DNA of 64,000 nucleotides, from positions 1-64,000 of the forward strand of contig CAVYCN010000010.1 in assembly GCA_963767005.1 (NCBI GenBank), read 5' to 3'. Each line of letters starts with the position of its first letter. The stretch's first letter is position 1. The notes under the pieces were generated by a model. That model made no database searches and was not told the origin of the DNA. It worked only from the letters and a program-made list of their open reading frames with translations. The stretch is from an uncultured Actinomycetes bacterium (GTDB lineage Bacteria > Actinomycetota > Thermoleophilia > UBA2241). Shown one piece after another: positions 55,349 to 64,000 of this stretch. Position numbers and translations under genes: made by a program.

Positions 55349-56878
55349 ATGCCGCTGATCACCCGCATCACCCCCGAACAGCTCGTCGACCGTCGCTGGC
55401 AGCTGCTCGCCCTCACCTCGGTGGGCGCCTTCATGGGGCCGCTCGACGGCTCGATCGTCGCCGTGGCGTTGCCCAAGATGGGCAAGGACCTCGACCTCAC
55501 CTTCACCACGTCGATCTGGGTGCAGGCCGTCTATCTGCTGGTCATGGCGGTGCTGCTGATACCGCTCGGCCGCCTGGCCGACCGTCGCGGCCGCGTGCAC
55601 TACTACCTCGGCGGCGTCGCGCTCTTTACCGTCGGGTCGCTGCTGTCGGGGCTCAGCATGAACGTCACGTGGCTGATCGCGAGCCGGGCTGTGCAGGGCG
55701 TCGGCGCGGCGCTGCTCGTGGCCACGTCCACGGCGATCGTGACGGCGGTGTTCCCGCCCCGGGAACGCGGCCGCGCCCTGGGCATCAACGTCATGGCCGT
55801 GTACCTCGGCCTCACCGTAGGGCCGCCGCTCGGCGGCTTTCTGACCGACAGCCTCGGCTGGCGCTCGATCTTCTTCGTGAACATCCCGATCGGCGTCGCC
55901 GTCGCCGTCTGCGGCTACCTGCTGCTGCCCCGTCACGAGCGCGGCAACGAGCGCGCCGGCGGCTCGGACCCGGTGGGCACAGTCCTGTGGGCGCTCACGC
56001 TCATCTGTCTGCTCGTGCCGGTGAGCTTCGCGTCCGAGTGGGGCTGGACCTCGGCGCGCACGCTCGGCCTGCTCGCCGCCGCGGCGGCCGCCCTGGCCCT
56101 CTTCGCGGCAGTCGAGCTGCGTCACCGCACGCCGCTGCTCAGCCTCGACCTGGTGCTCCACAACCGCCTCTTCGCCGCGGCCAACGGCGCCGCCCTGCTC
56201 AACTACATGGCGCTGGGCGCGGTCACCATCCTGACGGCCGACTACCTCGAGATCGCGCAGCATCACAGCGCCGGTCTCACCGGCTGGCTCATGCTCGCCC
56301 AGCCGACGATGATGGCGGCCCTCAGCCCGTTCGCCGGGCGTCTCAGCGACCGGGTCGGCTCGCGGCTGCTGTCGAGCGGCGGCATGGTGGTGGTGGCCGC
56401 CGGCATGGTGCTGCTCGCCACCCTGCCGGCGACATCCGGCCTGCCGCGCGTGATGGGCAGCCTCGCCGTGGTCGGCCTCGGCATGGCCGCCTTCAGCGCG
56501 CCCAACACGAGCGCGATCATGGGCAGCGTCGACAGGGATCAGCTCGGTCTGGCGGGGGCGTTCGTCGGCACCATGCGCGTCACCGGCCAGTCGCTCAGCG
56601 TGGCTGTGCTGTCGGCCATCGCGGCGAGCTCGCTGGGCCGGTACGGCATCCAGTGGCTGCTGCGCCTGGGCACGCCGGTGCCGGGCCAGAGCCGCGCCGC
56701 CGCGCACGCCGTCGCGGCCCACGTCGCGCTCGACTACGCCCACGGCTACCGCCAGGCCATGCTGGCCGGCGCGGCCCTCGCCTTCGTCGGCGCCCTGCTG
56801 TCGCTCACCCGCGGCCAGCACGTGCCGCACGGGGCGCAGGCGGGGGAGAGGTCTTCCCTCGCCAAGAGCGAAAGCTGA
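55349..56878 (+). CDS. MFS transporter, DHA2 (14-TM) family
   Basis: LDGSIVAVALP, GRLADRRGR, GPPLGGFL, WRSIFFVNIPIG. Confidence 0.93.
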   Translation: MPLITRITPEQLVDRRWQLLALTSVGAFMGPLDGSIVAVALPKMGKDLDLTFTTSIWVQAVYLLVMAVLLIPLGRLADRRGRVHYYLGGVALFTVGSLLSGLSMNVTWLIASRAVQGVGAALLVATSTAIVTAVFPPRERGRALGINVMAVYLGLTVGPPLGGFLTDSLGWRSIFFVNIPIGVAVAVCGYLLLPRHERGNERAGGSDPVGTVLWALTLICLLVPVSFASEWGWTSARTLGLLAAAAAALALFAAVELRHRTPLLSLDLVLHNRLFAAANGAALLNYMALGAVTILTADYLEIAQHHSAGLTGWLMLAQPTMMAALSPFAGRLSDRVGSRLLSSGGMVVVAAGMVLLATLPATSGLPRVMGSLAVVGLGMAAFSAPNTSAIMGSVDRDQLGLAGAFVGTMRVTGQSLSVAVLSAIAASSLGRYGIQWLLRLGTPVPGQSRAAAHAVAAHVALDYAHGYRQAMLAGAALAFVGALLSLTRGQHVPHGAQAGERSSLAKSES

Positions 56879-57072
56879 CCGCGGCGACCGCGGCGCAACC
56901 GCGGCGCAACAATGCGTAACACGGCCATCATATGGCGGTGCGAGATTCTCGACCGGCGCGCACGACGCGCCGCGCGCAGGCGGCGTGGCAGTCAGGCGCG
57001 CGGTGGGTCGCCCTGCGGGGCGACCCACCGCGCGCCGGCGCGGAAGACCCGACGACGGAGCGCGACGAGGAC

Positions 57073-58179
57073 ATGAGTGACAACGACGAGCGCGGCGGGC
57101 AGACGACGCCGCAACGTGAGGCTGCCGTGACGGGCGGCGACCGGGGGACGCCCGCCGGGCAGGACGAGGTCGCGCGCGCTCTGGTGACCGACCTGAGCGC
57201 GGCGCGTGAGGCGGCCGAGCGGAACGCAAACCCCGTGGTCCTGTCGACCCACGACCTGACCAAGCGCTTCGCCAAGACCCTGGCCGTCGATCGCCTGAAC
57301 CTCACCGTGCGCCGCGGCGACGTGTTCGGCTTCCTGGGGCCCAACGGCGCCGGCAAGACCACGACGATCCGCATGATCGTCGGCCTCATCTATCCGACCA
57401 GCGGCTACGCTATCGTAGCCGACCACCGCGTGCCCGACGACAAGACCGAGGCGCTCAAGCACATCGGCGGCTTCGTCGAGGTGCCCGCTTTCTATGCCAA
57501 CATGAGCGCGCGCCGCAACCTGCGCCTGATGGGTTCGCTCAACGGCGAGGTCGAAGAGAAGCGCATCGACGAGGTCCTCGACATCGTCGGCCTGCGCGAG
57601 CGTGCCGACTCCAAGATCGGCGACTACTCGCACGGCATGAAGCAGCGCCTCGGCATCGCCAACGCGCTCATCAACGCACCTGAGCTCGTCATCTTGGACG
57701 AGCCCACGAGCGGCCTCGACCCGCAGGGCATGAAGGACGTCCGTGAGCTCGTGCGCGAGCTCGGCAGCGGCGGCACGACCGTCTTTTTGTCGAGCCACCT
57801 GCTGCACGAGGTCGAGCAGGTCTGCAACCGCGCCGCGATCTTAAACAGGGGGCGCGTGGTCGTCGAGGGGCCGGTCAGCGAGCTGCACCCCGAGCACTCG
57901 GCGGTGAAGCTGCTGACCGCCGACCAGCAGCGCGCCCATGCGGTGGTCGCCGAGCTGCTCGGCGGCCAGAGCGTGTCCGACGACGAGGAGTACCTCATAG
58001 TCGAGGCCGCCGACAGCGACGTGCGCGAGATGGTGCGCCGCCTGGTCGCCGCCGGCATCGGTGTCGATGCCGTCATCCCGGCCCGCGAGCAGGGTCTCGA
58101 GGACTTCTTCCTGGGCCTCACGCAGAGCTCTGATGTGGACGCCGCCGGAGCGGCCGGTGTGGGCGGAGGTGCGCGATGA
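57073..58179 (+). CDS. ABC transporter ATP-binding protein (BcrA-like exporter)
   Basis: GPNGAGKTT, YSHGMKQRLG, ILDEPTSGLDP, SSHLL. Confidence 0.95.
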   Translation: MSDNDERGGQTTPQREAAVTGGDRGTPAGQDEVARALVTDLSAAREAAERNANPVVLSTHDLTKRFAKTLAVDRLNLTVRRGDVFGFLGPNGAGKTTTIRMIVGLIYPTSGYAIVADHRVPDDKTEALKHIGGFVEVPAFYANMSARRNLRLMGSLNGEVEEKRIDEVLDIVGLRERADSKIGDYSHGMKQRLGIANALINAPELVILDEPTSGLDPQGMKDVRELVRELGSGGTTVFLSSHLLHEVEQVCNRAAILNRGRVVVEGPVSELHPEHSAVKLLTADQQRAHAVVAELLGGQSVSDDEEYLIVEAADSDVREMVRRLVAAGIGVDAVIPAREQGLEDFFLGLTQSSDVDAAGAAGVGGGAR

Positions 58180-58985
58180 AGCTGCTGCAGCGCGAGCTCG
58201 TCAAGCTCATCCATCAGAAGCGCAGCTACGTGGGCTGGGGCGGCCTGCTGGCCGTGCCGTTGCTGGTCACCCTGGCGCTCTACCTCAATCGCAACAACCG
58301 CCACGACAACGGCCCCGGCGGCATCGTCTCGCTGGCCCGCCACGACGGCCTCTTCATGCCGCTGGCCGCCGTCCTGCTGCTCTCTGCCTTCCTGCTGCCG
58401 CTGCTGGCCTCGATGGTGGGTGCCTACCAGCTCGCCGGCGAGTCGGAGACCGGCACCATCAAGACCTGGCTCATGCACGCGGTGAGCCGCGGCGGCGTGC
58501 TCGCCTCGAAATGGGGCATCGCGATCATCTACGTGGCCATCGGCCTCGTGCTCGTGTTCCTTGGCGGTCTGCTGGGCGGCGGTCTGGCCTTCGGCCTGCA
58601 CGCCCCCGTCCTGCTGACGGGTCAGACGGTGAGCGTGGCTCACGGTCTCTGGCTGACGTTGCTCTCCTTCCTCTACGTGCTGGCCGGCATCATCTGCGTG
58701 CTCTCGCTTGCGTTGCTGTTCGCCACCTTCACCAACTCGAGCCTCACCGCGGCCATCGCCGCCCTCGTGGTCTTCATCGTGATGGGCATCCTCGGCGCCT
58801 TCAGCTACTTCGACTTCCTCAAGCCCTATCTTCTCACCAGCCACCTCGACGCCTGGCAGGGCTTTCTGAGCCAGCCCATCGACTGGCACCCGATCTGGAC
58901 CGGCATCGTGGCTTTTGCCATCTACATGGCGGCGCTGATGGCCGCAGCCTGGTATCAGTTCCGGCGCAAGGACATTCTCGTCTAG
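58176..58985 (+). CDS. ABC-2 type transporter permease
   Basis: ATGA coupling; AGESETGTIKT, SRGGVLASK, 6 TM, FRRKDI. Confidence 0.9.
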   Translation: MKLLQRELVKLIHQKRSYVGWGGLLAVPLLVTLALYLNRNNRHDNGPGGIVSLARHDGLFMPLAAVLLLSAFLLPLLASMVGAYQLAGESETGTIKTWLMHAVSRGGVLASKWGIAIIYVAIGLVLVFLGGLLGGGLAFGLHAPVLLTGQTVSVAHGLWLTLLSFLYVLAGIICVLSLALLFATFTNSSLTAAIAALVVFIVMGILGAFSYFDFLKPYLLTSHLDAWQGFLSQPIDWHPIWTGIVAFAIYMAALMAAAWYQFRRKDILV

Positions 58986-58990
58986 CGCCC

Positions 58991-60010
58991 TCAGCCCGTG
59001 CTCACGCGGCTCACGGCGAACGCGTGCGGCAGGTCGCGCACGACCGCCGCGACGAGCAGGGCGGCGGTCGCCGGGCGCATGTGGACGGCGTCGTAGAAGC
59101 CCGCCGGCGCGCCGCCGACGGCCGACAGCCGGCTGAAGTCGAGCAGGCTGAAGCGGTCGACGCGCGCCAGGCGGTGCAGGTAGGCGAGCATGAGCCGGTG
59201 GCGCACGTCCCAGCCGTGCGCCGCGATCGCCGCGAGGTAGCCGGGCTGCAGCGGCGCGAGTACGATGACCGGCCGAACCCCGAGGTCGTTCAGCCGGCGC
59301 AGAGTCATGTCGAAGTAGTGGCGCGGCTGCGCTTCGAACCGCGGCGGCGTGTGGCGGTAGAAGGCCAGGGTACTCGCCGCGTACGCGCTGACACGTTGCG
59401 CCAGTGTGCCGTCACGGGCCGCCGCCGAGATCGAGTCGGACAGGGTGAACCCGTCCGGGGCGATCACGCTCGGATGGAGGGCGCCGGCCGCGAGGGCGAC
59501 GTTGGCCGCCCTGCCCATGCGGTCGAGGCTCGCGTCAACCAGCGCGGCCGGCAGGAAGCGCGACAGGAACGGGTCTTCGAGCAGGGACGCGCCCGGCGTC
59601 CACTCGTCGAACTCGTCGCAGTGGATGATCCAGAGCACCGCAAAGCGCACGTGCGGAAAGCGGCCGTGCAGCAGGTTCACGAAGCACCACTCGTCCTGCG
59701 GCGTGGCGTGCTGCACGGCGGCGTTGAAGGCCGTGAGGCCGGTGAGCCGCCGGATGACGGCGGGGTCGACGCGCAGGGCGCGCGAGCCGCCCAGCACGAG
59801 CACTCGGGGAGCGGCCTTCATGTGCATGATGAGCTCGCTCTTGATGCCCCGGTCGGAGAGGGTCCAGTAGGCCGCGGCCGGGCCGCTCGCCGGCGGCGTG
59901 GCGGCCGCCGCCGACCGGCTCGAAGAGCCGGCGCAGCCGCAGAGGGCCGGGACCGCGAGCAGCGCGATCGACAGAGCAATGACCAGTCCGGTCCGCGCCC
60001 GGTTGCTCAA
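58991..60010 (-). CDS. Lipoprotein with SGNH-like fold (DltD/AlgJ-like)
   Basis: GGAGG SD then TTG; LCGC lipobox; VLGGSRA (Ser) and FYDAVH (DxxH). Confidence 0.72.
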   Translation of the reverse strand: MSNRARTGLVIALSIALLAVPALCGCAGSSSRSAAAATPPASGPAAAYWTLSDRGIKSELIMHMKAAPRVLVLGGSRALRVDPAVIRRLTGLTAFNAAVQHATPQDEWCFVNLLHGRFPHVRFAVLWIIHCDEFDEWTPGASLLEDPFLSRFLPAALVDASLDRMGRAANVALAAGALHPSVIAPDGFTLSDSISAAARDGTLAQRVSAYAASTLAFYRHTPPRFEAQPRHYFDMTLRRLNDLGVRPVIVLAPLQPGYLAAIAAHGWDVRHRLMLAYLHRLARVDRFSLLDFSRLSAVGGAPAGFYDAVHMRPATAALLVAAVVRDLPHAFAVSRVSTG

Positions 60011-60286
60011 GACTCCTCCCTGCGTGTCGGGGCCCGTCTGCGACGGCGGTCGCCTTCGTGTCGGCGTGAGGCCGCTCGCGAGGCTCGCAGCGGCACAGGG
60101 CCCCCTGTGAGGCGTGCCGCGGCACGGGACCATCCTCGAGGATACACGACGAGCCGGCGCGTACGAACGAGGACGCGCACCACGCGGGTATGCTTGCGGG
60201 GCGCTCCGCCGTGGCCGGCGCCCATGATCGCGTGTCGCCGGCGCCCGTGGCGGGGGCCGGGACGAGCCCTACACGAGGAGGACCAC

Positions 60287-61105
60287 GTGACCGACGTTCC
60301 CGCCGGCGGCTTCGCCGACGCCCGGTTCTTCGAGCTGCGACCGGGCGTCCATGTCATGCAGGCGCCGTCCTTCGCGGCCGACCCGGAGATCGGGCGAGCC
60401 CTGCGGCGCACGCTCAACGTCTGCCTCCTGGTCGACCGTGGCGTGGTGACCCTGGTCGACGCCGGCCTGCCCGGCGTACTGCCGGCGCTCGTCGTCTGCC
60501 TCGGCCGGATCGGGCTCGGTCTCGACGCGGTGCGGCGTGTGGTGGTCACGCACAGCCACGTGGACCACGTCGGCGGCCTGCCCGAGATCGTGGCCGCCAC
60601 GGGTGCCGAGGTGTGGGCCCACCGCGACGACGCCGGCATCATCGACGGCTCCGTGGCGCCGCCCGACACGAGCGCCCTGCTCGCCGGTCTGCGCACCCGC
60701 CTCGACGTGCTGCTCGCCGACCTTGCGCCCGGCAAGCGCGAGCTCGTGCTGCGCACGGCCGGCACGGTGTACCCGACCGAGCACGTGCCGGTCGACGTGC
60801 GTCTCGTCGGCGGCGAGGAGCTCGCCGTTCTGGGCGGCTGCCGCCTGCTGCACACGCCCGGTCACACGCCCGGCCACATGAGCCTGTTCCTGCCGTCTCT
60901 GAGCCTGCTGATCGCCGGCGACCTGCTCACGTTCGAGGCCGGCCACATCCTGCCGTCGGCCGACCTGCTGGCCGTCGACCCCGCCCTGCTGCACGAGTCG
61001 GTGCGCGCGGTCGCCGCCTTGCCGGTCGAAGCCTTCGTCGGGTATCACGGCGGCTGGGTGCTCCACAGCGCCGGCGTGCTGCTGCGCGGGACGGGCGGCC
61101 TCTGA
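60287..61105 (+). CDS. MBL-fold metallo-hydrolase
   Basis: LVDAG, THSHVDHVGG, TPGHTPGH, AGD, YHG. Confidence 0.92.
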   Translation: MTDVPAGGFADARFFELRPGVHVMQAPSFAADPEIGRALRRTLNVCLLVDRGVVTLVDAGLPGVLPALVVCLGRIGLGLDAVRRVVVTHSHVDHVGGLPEIVAATGAEVWAHRDDAGIIDGSVAPPDTSALLAGLRTRLDVLLADLAPGKRELVLRTAGTVYPTEHVPVDVRLVGGEELAVLGGCRLLHTPGHTPGHMSLFLPSLSLLIAGDLLTFEAGHILPSADLLAVDPALLHESVRAVAALPVEAFVGYHGGWVLHSAGVLLRGTGGL

Positions 61106-61262
61106 GGCGCCGCGCCGCGACGGCCGGCACGGTCGATGGAACGTCGCCGCAGTCCCGCCCCAGCGGGTATCGTCGAGGGCGACGAGCCGCGGCCGCGAAG
61201 GGGCCGCGGGCGTCGGGGGCGAAGCGAGGTCCCGGACAGGTGACGACACGGACGGAGGCGCG

Positions 61263-62621
61263 ATGAACGACGACGGGGGGACATCGACCGCGGAGCTGCG
61301 CCGCCGGGTCGCGGCCCTCATGCCGGCGGCGCGCACCGACCTGGAGCGCCTGGTGCGCATCCCCTCGGTGTCGTCGCCCGGCACTCCGCCGGCGCCGCTC
61401 GCCGCCGCGGCCGAGGCCGTCGCGGCGAGCGCACGACGCGTCGGCCTCGAGACCAGGCTCCTCGACGTGCCGGGGGCGCCGCCGGCCGTGTTCGCCGAGC
61501 GCCCGGCCCAGCCGGGCTCTCCGACCGCCCTGCTCTACGCGCACTACGACGTGCAGCCACCCGGACCCGAGGAGCGCTGGAGCAGCCCGCCGTACACACC
61601 CGTCGAGCGCGACGGTCGCCTGTACGGCCGGGGCGCGGCCGACGACAAGGCCGGGGTGGTCATGCACACGACGGCGCTCGCCGCGCTCGGCGACGACCGG
61701 CGCGTGGGCGTCAAGCTGCTGGTCGAGGGCGCCGAGGAGGTCGGCGCGGGCGCGCTCGAGGACCTGGTGCGCGGCCGCCCCGAGCTCTTCGCGGCCGACG
61801 CGATGGTGATCGCCGACGCCGGCAACGCGGCCCTGGGCGAGCCCACCCTGACGACGTCGCTGCGCGGCATGGTCAAGCTCACCGTGTCGGTGGCGGCGCT
61901 GGCCGGCCCCGTGCACTCCGGCGCCTACGGCGGCGCGGCACCCGATGCCCTCGTGGCCCTGGTGCGCATGCTGGCCCAGCTGCACGACGACGCCGGCGAC
62001 GTCGCCGTGGACGGCCTCGAGTCGCGCCCCTACGACGGCGCCGCCGGCGACGAGGCGAGCTTTCGGCGTGACGCCGGCGTGCTCGAGGGCGTGGCGCTGC
62101 CCGGCACCGGCACGATCGCGGAACGGCTCTTCACACGGCCGTCGATCACGATCATCGGGCTCGACGCCCCGGCGGTCGCGGGCGCGGCCAACGCCGTGGT
62201 CCCCACGGCGCGGGCCGCGCTCGCCGTGCGTCTCGCGCCGGGCCAGACCCCCGCCGCCGCGGCCGCCGCTGTCGCGTGCCATCTGCGCGCCGTCGCGCCG
62301 TGGAACGTGGCTCTCGAGATCGCCGCGGCCGGCGGCGGTGAGGGGTTCCTGGCCCGGACCGACGGACCGGCCTTCGAGACGGCGCGCCGGGCGCTCGAGG
62401 CGGCCTTCGGCCGGCCGGTCGTCAAGCTCGGACAGGGCGGCTCCATCCCGCTCGTCGCGGCCCTGCTCGAAGCGGCCCCCGCGGCCGAGGTGATCCTCTG
62501 GGGCCCCGAGGACCCGCAGGCGAGGATCCACGGGACCGACGAGAGCGTCGACCTGGCCGAGCTCGAACGCTGCGCGCTGGCCGAGGCGCTCTTCCTGACG
62601 TGGTGGGGAGCCGCGGCGTAG
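61263..62621 (+). CDS. M20/M25/M40 family metallo-dipeptidase
   Basis: YAHYDVQP, GRGAADDKAG, EGAEEVG, HSG, GGSIP, IHGTDES. Confidence 0.93.
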   Translation: MNDDGGTSTAELRRRVAALMPAARTDLERLVRIPSVSSPGTPPAPLAAAAEAVAASARRVGLETRLLDVPGAPPAVFAERPAQPGSPTALLYAHYDVQPPGPEERWSSPPYTPVERDGRLYGRGAADDKAGVVMHTTALAALGDDRRVGVKLLVEGAEEVGAGALEDLVRGRPELFAADAMVIADAGNAALGEPTLTTSLRGMVKLTVSVAALAGPVHSGAYGGAAPDALVALVRMLAQLHDDAGDVAVDGLESRPYDGAAGDEASFRRDAGVLEGVALPGTGTIAERLFTRPSITIIGLDAPAVAGAANAVVPTARAALAVRLAPGQTPAAAAAAVACHLRAVAPWNVALEIAAAGGGEGFLARTDGPAFETARRALEAAFGRPVVKLGQGGSIPLVAALLEAAPAAEVILWGPEDPQARIHGTDESVDLAELERCALAEALFLTWWGAAA

Positions 62622-62671
62622 ACCGGCCGGCGGCAGCGCCGCCCCTGGCACCTGCCGCGCTCGGGCGCGGC

Positions 62672-63073
62672 TCAGTGCGGGCGGCTCGCCGTGGTCCGTA
62701 CCTGGTCGTACGTGCGCGCCTCGAGGTAGGCGGCGAGCTCGCGGTCGTCTCGCGCAAAGGCCGCGTCGAGCCCGCGGACCTGGTCCGGCGACAGGCCCTC
62801 CTCGAGGGCCTGCGACAGCACCTCAGTGTGGCTCGACTGGAGCTCCACGACGGACTCGGCGAGGATCTCGAAGGCCGCGCCGACGCGGTCGGCGACGCGG
62901 CCGGCACGCGCCCGCTCTGCCGGCGGCCGCGCCGACGTCTCGCGATAGGCGGCCTCTGCGCGTCGCAGGGCGGCCGCCGCCGTGGCGTGACGGTCCAGCC
63001 GCCGGAGCAGCGGCCGCGAGAGGCCCTGCGCGCCCGGCTCGTCGCCCGCGTTGCGTGTCTCGTCGTCGCTCAT
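62672..63073 (-). CDS. Hypothetical helical protein
   Basis: ATG after GGGGAG; 133 aa with natural composition. Confidence 0.6.
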   Translation of the reverse strand: MSDDETRNAGDEPGAQGLSRPLLRRLDRHATAAAALRRAEAAYRETSARPPAERARAGRVADRVGAAFEILAESVVELQSSHTEVLSQALEEGLSPDQVRGLDAAFARDDRELAAYLEARTYDQVRTTASRPH

Positions 63074-63275
63074 CGGTTCTCCCCAGGTCCCGCGTCGCCC
63101 GGCGCGGACACGACGGTCCCGTGCGTCGGCTCCCGCAGTGTGGGCGACGTTCGTTAGCGCTCGATGAGCGCGCCGTGAGGACCGTGTGAGGAGCTGCCGC
63201 GCGCCGCGGTGAGGCGCGCCGCGCACGCGTGGTGAGGGCCGCGCGAGGAGGAGGGGGATCGCACCGCCGGTCGGT

Positions 63276-64000
63276 CTAGCCGCCCGTGGCCGCCTTGTCG
63301 TGCAGGAACTGGGCGTACGTGCTCGAGAACAGCAGGGGACCGGTGCCGTCGTCGCGCCCGACGTAGTAGAGGTAGTCCACGCGCGCCGGATGGGCGGCGG
63401 CGGTGAGCGCGGCCAGGCCGGGGTCGTCGATCGGCGTGGGCGGCAGGCCGGGGTGCAGGTACGTGTTGTAGGGAGAGGCCACGGTGAGGTCGTGGTAGGT
63501 GACGACGGCCTTGTGTGTCCCCAGCGCGTAGAGCACGGTCGAGTCCATCTGCAGCCGCATGCCGGCCTTGAGCCGGTTCCACACGACGGCGGCGATCCGG
63601 GCGCGATCGGCCGGCGCTCGTGCCTCGGCCTCGATCAGCGAGGCGATCGTGACGACGTCGTACGGCGTGAGGTTCGCCGCCGCCGCCCGCCGCAGGTCGA
63701 CGCCCGCCATGTTCTCGCGAAAGGCGGCGAGTTGCAGGGCGATGAACTGCCGCGGCGTGACGCTCGGCAACACGTCGTAGGTAGCGGGGAAGAGGAGCCC
63801 CTGCAGCGTGGTGCCCGGACGGTAGCCGGCGACCGGCGCCGGCCCGTCGTAATGGGTGGCGAGCGAGACGTAGGCGGCGGCGGGGAACCCGGGCACGTCG
63901 CGGGACAGACGGGCGGCCGTGTCGGCGATCGTGAAGCCTTCGGGGATGGTCACGCGGATCGTGCGCGGCCTGGAACCGGCCACGAGTGCCGCGATCAGGT
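63276..64000 (-). CDS. mltG: Endolytic transglycosylase MltG (5' part outside the window)
   Basis: TIPEG, GLLFPATY, IASLIEAE, NRLKAGMRLQMDSTV, SPYNTY, GLPPTPI. Confidence 0.93.
   Translation of the reverse strand, partial: LIAALVAGSRPRTIRVTIPEGFTIADTAARLSRDVPGFPAAAYVSLATHYDGPAPVAGYRPGTTLQGLLFPATYDVLPSVTPRQFIALQLAAFRENMAGVDLRRAAAANLTPYDVVTIASLIEAEARAPADRARIAAVVWNRLKAGMRLQMDSTVLYALGTHKAVVTYHDLTVASPYNTYLHPGLPPTPIDDPGLAALTAAAHPARVDYLYYVGRDDGTGPLLFSSTYAQFLHDKAATGG

Overview
Very GC-rich, gene-dense bacterial chromosomal segment, most consistent with an anaerobic or facultative Actinomycetota, possibly Thermoleophilia-like (inferred from GC content, leaderless-type promoters and C-terminally anchored solute-binding proteins). 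No rRNA, tRNA, CRISPR array, transposase or prophage is recognisable. Main modules: a complete group 3b [NiFe]-hydrogenase operon with maturation protease, preceded by FNR-like and Rex/CRP-like boxes and flanked by a Rossmann-domain histidine kinase plus a stand-alone receiver; an APC permease with two non-pyrrolysine MttB methyltransferases; a DHH phosphoesterase coupled to a divergent mevalonate-kinase-like GHMP kinase; an ECF sigma/anti-sigma pair; an LCP protein coupled to a signal peptidase I homolog lacking the catalytic Lys; several peptidases and transporters; and two decayed genes. The most unusual signals are a promoter- and terminator-bounded, highly structured ~125-nt non-coding unit at 17.5-17.7 kb, a 5' leader with mutually exclusive SD-sequestering hairpins at 50.6-50.9 kb, the putative NAD(P)H-sensing kinase beside the hydrogenase, and several proteins with systematic loss of catalytic or metal residues (pseudo-PP2C, pseudo-signal peptidase, Zn-free DksA). 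All calls come from reading motifs by eye; no searches were run.
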